From Myxococcota bacterium (GTDB lineage: Bacteria > Myxococcota_A > Polyangia > Nannocystales > Nannocystaceae), in the NCBI GenBank assembly GCA_039028615.1, contig JBCCHT010000039.1:47040-111039 (forward strand): a stretch of DNA of 64,000 bases, given 5' to 3'. This document shows positions 62,500 through 64,000 of this stretch, piece after piece. The notes beneath the pieces were generated by a model. That model did not search any database and had not been told where the DNA came from. It saw only the letters and a list, made by a program, of their open reading frames with translations. Each line of letters begins with the position of its first letter. The stretch's first letter is position 1. The position numbers and the translations under genes are program-made.

Positions 62500-63900
62500 A
62501 TGCGTAGCTCCGTGTCCGATCCCGGCCTCGTGCCCCAACTCGCCCCTGGTCTCATGCGCCTGGCATCACGACTGGCCGGGAGCCACGACGCCGAGGACCT
62601 CGTGCAGTCGACCTGGGTGCGAAGCCTCGAGCACGACGGCGACGTGAAGGCGCCCAAGTCCTGGCTGCGCCGGGTCCTGGTCAACGAGCGACGCATGGGG
62701 CTGCGAGGTCAGCATCGTCGCGACGCCCGCGAGCGCGCCCACCACGAGACGAGCGAGCAACCGGCGAGCGTCGAAGACATCGCCCACTGCCTCGAGGTCG
62801 CGCGGATCATCGACGAGCTGCTCAACGAGCTCGACGACGACGTGCAGCTGGTCGTCCGCGAGCGCTACTTCGCGGGAGACACGGCCGCCCAGATCGCCCG
62901 ACGCCATCACATCCCCCCCGGCACCGTGCGCTGGCGCCTCAAGTCGGGCCTCGATCACCTTCGCCAACAGCTCGACGCCCGCTACGGCGGCCGACGTGCC
63001 CTGTGGGCCGGAGGCCTCGCTCCCGTCACGAACTCGCCAACACTTTTTCACCCGGTGGCATCCGAGACCACGACCGTGCCGCATGCGCTTGCTGCCACGG
63101 CGAAAGGACACAGTGCCATGAGTGTGAAGATCGTATTGGCAATCGGACTCGCTGCGACCGCCGTCGGCGGTGCCGCCCTGGTGACCACCCGCGACGCCGC
63201 CCCCACCCCTCCCGCCTCCGAGCCAGCCCCCGCCCTCGCCTCCTCGGCGAGCCCCGACACGCCCCCTCCCGCGACCGTCACCCCCAAAGCCGCGCCCAAA
63301 CCCAAGACCAGCCGCGAGCGATGGCTCGACCGCCGCGCCCGGATCCAAGCCGCCCGCGCCAAAGCAGCCACCGAGGCCGTCGCCGCCAACGCCCGAGCCA
63401 ACGCCAACGGCAACACCTGGCACAGCGCCTCCGGAGACGAGCTCGAGCTCGGCGAACACGAGGGGCGCGTCCTGTGCCCCATCGGCAGCGCCTGCTTCGA
63501 ATCGCTGAACCAAAAAATGACCGAGCTCATCACGGGTTGCAGCGACTTCTTCGTCCCCGACAGCCCCGAGCTCACCCTCACCGCCACCGTCATCGGAGCC
63601 GAAGGCGAGGGCACGATCATCGACTCCGTCGAGCTGTCCAAAGGCAAGAGCGACGAAGCCTCCGCCGACCTCGTCGAGTGCCTCACCGAGTCGATGTACA
63701 CCCTCGAACTCGACCCCGTCGAAGACGACCTCGAACGCGAAATCTCCATCACCCTGGGCGGCTCCGCAGCCAAGACCGAAGCCGCCCAAAAAGCCCAAGC
63801 CCTCCTCGACGACGACCTCACCGAACACGGCCACCCCATCCCCGAAGGCGCCCACACCGTCTTCGTCGGCGTCGACGACCCGGACGAGGACGAGGACTAA
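62500..63900 (+). CDS. ECF sigma factor with TM helix and long C-terminal extension
   Basis: DAEDLVQSTW, SWLRRVLVN and IPPGTVRWRL; hydrophobic KIVLAIGLAATAVGGAALV. Confidence 0.88.
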   Translation: MRSSVSDPGLVPQLAPGLMRLASRLAGSHDAEDLVQSTWVRSLEHDGDVKAPKSWLRRVLVNERRMGLRGQHRRDARERAHHETSEQPASVEDIAHCLEVARIIDELLNELDDDVQLVVRERYFAGDTAAQIARRHHIPPGTVRWRLKSGLDHLRQQLDARYGGRRALWAGGLAPVTNSPTLFHPVASETTTVPHALAATAKGHSAMSVKIVLAIGLAATAVGGAALVTTRDAAPTPPASEPAPALASSASPDTPPPATVTPKAAPKPKTSRERWLDRRARIQAARAKAATEAVAANARANANGNTWHSASGDELELGEHEGRVLCPIGSACFESLNQKMTELITGCSDFFVPDSPELTLTATVIGAEGEGTIIDSVELSKGKSDEASADLVECLTESMYTLELDPVEDDLEREISITLGGSAAKTEAAQKAQALLDDDLTEHGHPIPEGAHTVFVGVDDPDEDED

Positions 63901-64000
63901 CCCCCTCCCCCAAGCCGCCCCCCCCCCCGGCGCGAGCAGCCCCCTCTCCTGCCGCGCCGCCCGGCCCCCCCTCCACCCGAGGCCGAACCCCAAACTCAAC

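Overview
High-GC bacterial DNA, most likely a myxobacterium (Nannocystaceae-like). This is inferred from a MYXO-CTERM protein, Cys-rich repeat lipoproteins, Ser/Thr kinase-TPR proteins, PEGA and AgmX/PglI-type proteins. I found about 47 probable CDSs and no recognisable rRNA, tRNA or CRISPR array. The best candidate for an undescribed system is the translationally coupled operon at <1-11604. It ends in a giant (~1630 aa) PgsB/CapB-type poly-gamma-glutamate synthetase, preceded by an exported Zn-peptidase resembling gamma-PGA hydrolases and a ~1690 aa secreted protein with a TPR-like patch and a C-terminal beta-barrel-like region. That is the layout of a synthase-dependent polymer export system, but for a polyamide in a diderm. 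A second, phage PghP-type gamma-PGA hydrolase lipoprotein lies at 23931-25085. A second candidate system is an orphan PatA/PatG-like protease locus (34758-38119) that lacks other cyanobactin genes. Other points of interest are a stand-alone degenerate GyrB ATPase fragment, tandem Zur-like boxes before a ZigA/CobW GTPase, a mosaic segment bounded by a 17-bp direct repeat (38847-43475), a toxin-like small ORF, and an ECF sigma factor with a membrane-anchored extension. All family calls come from motif recognition by eye; no database searches were run.
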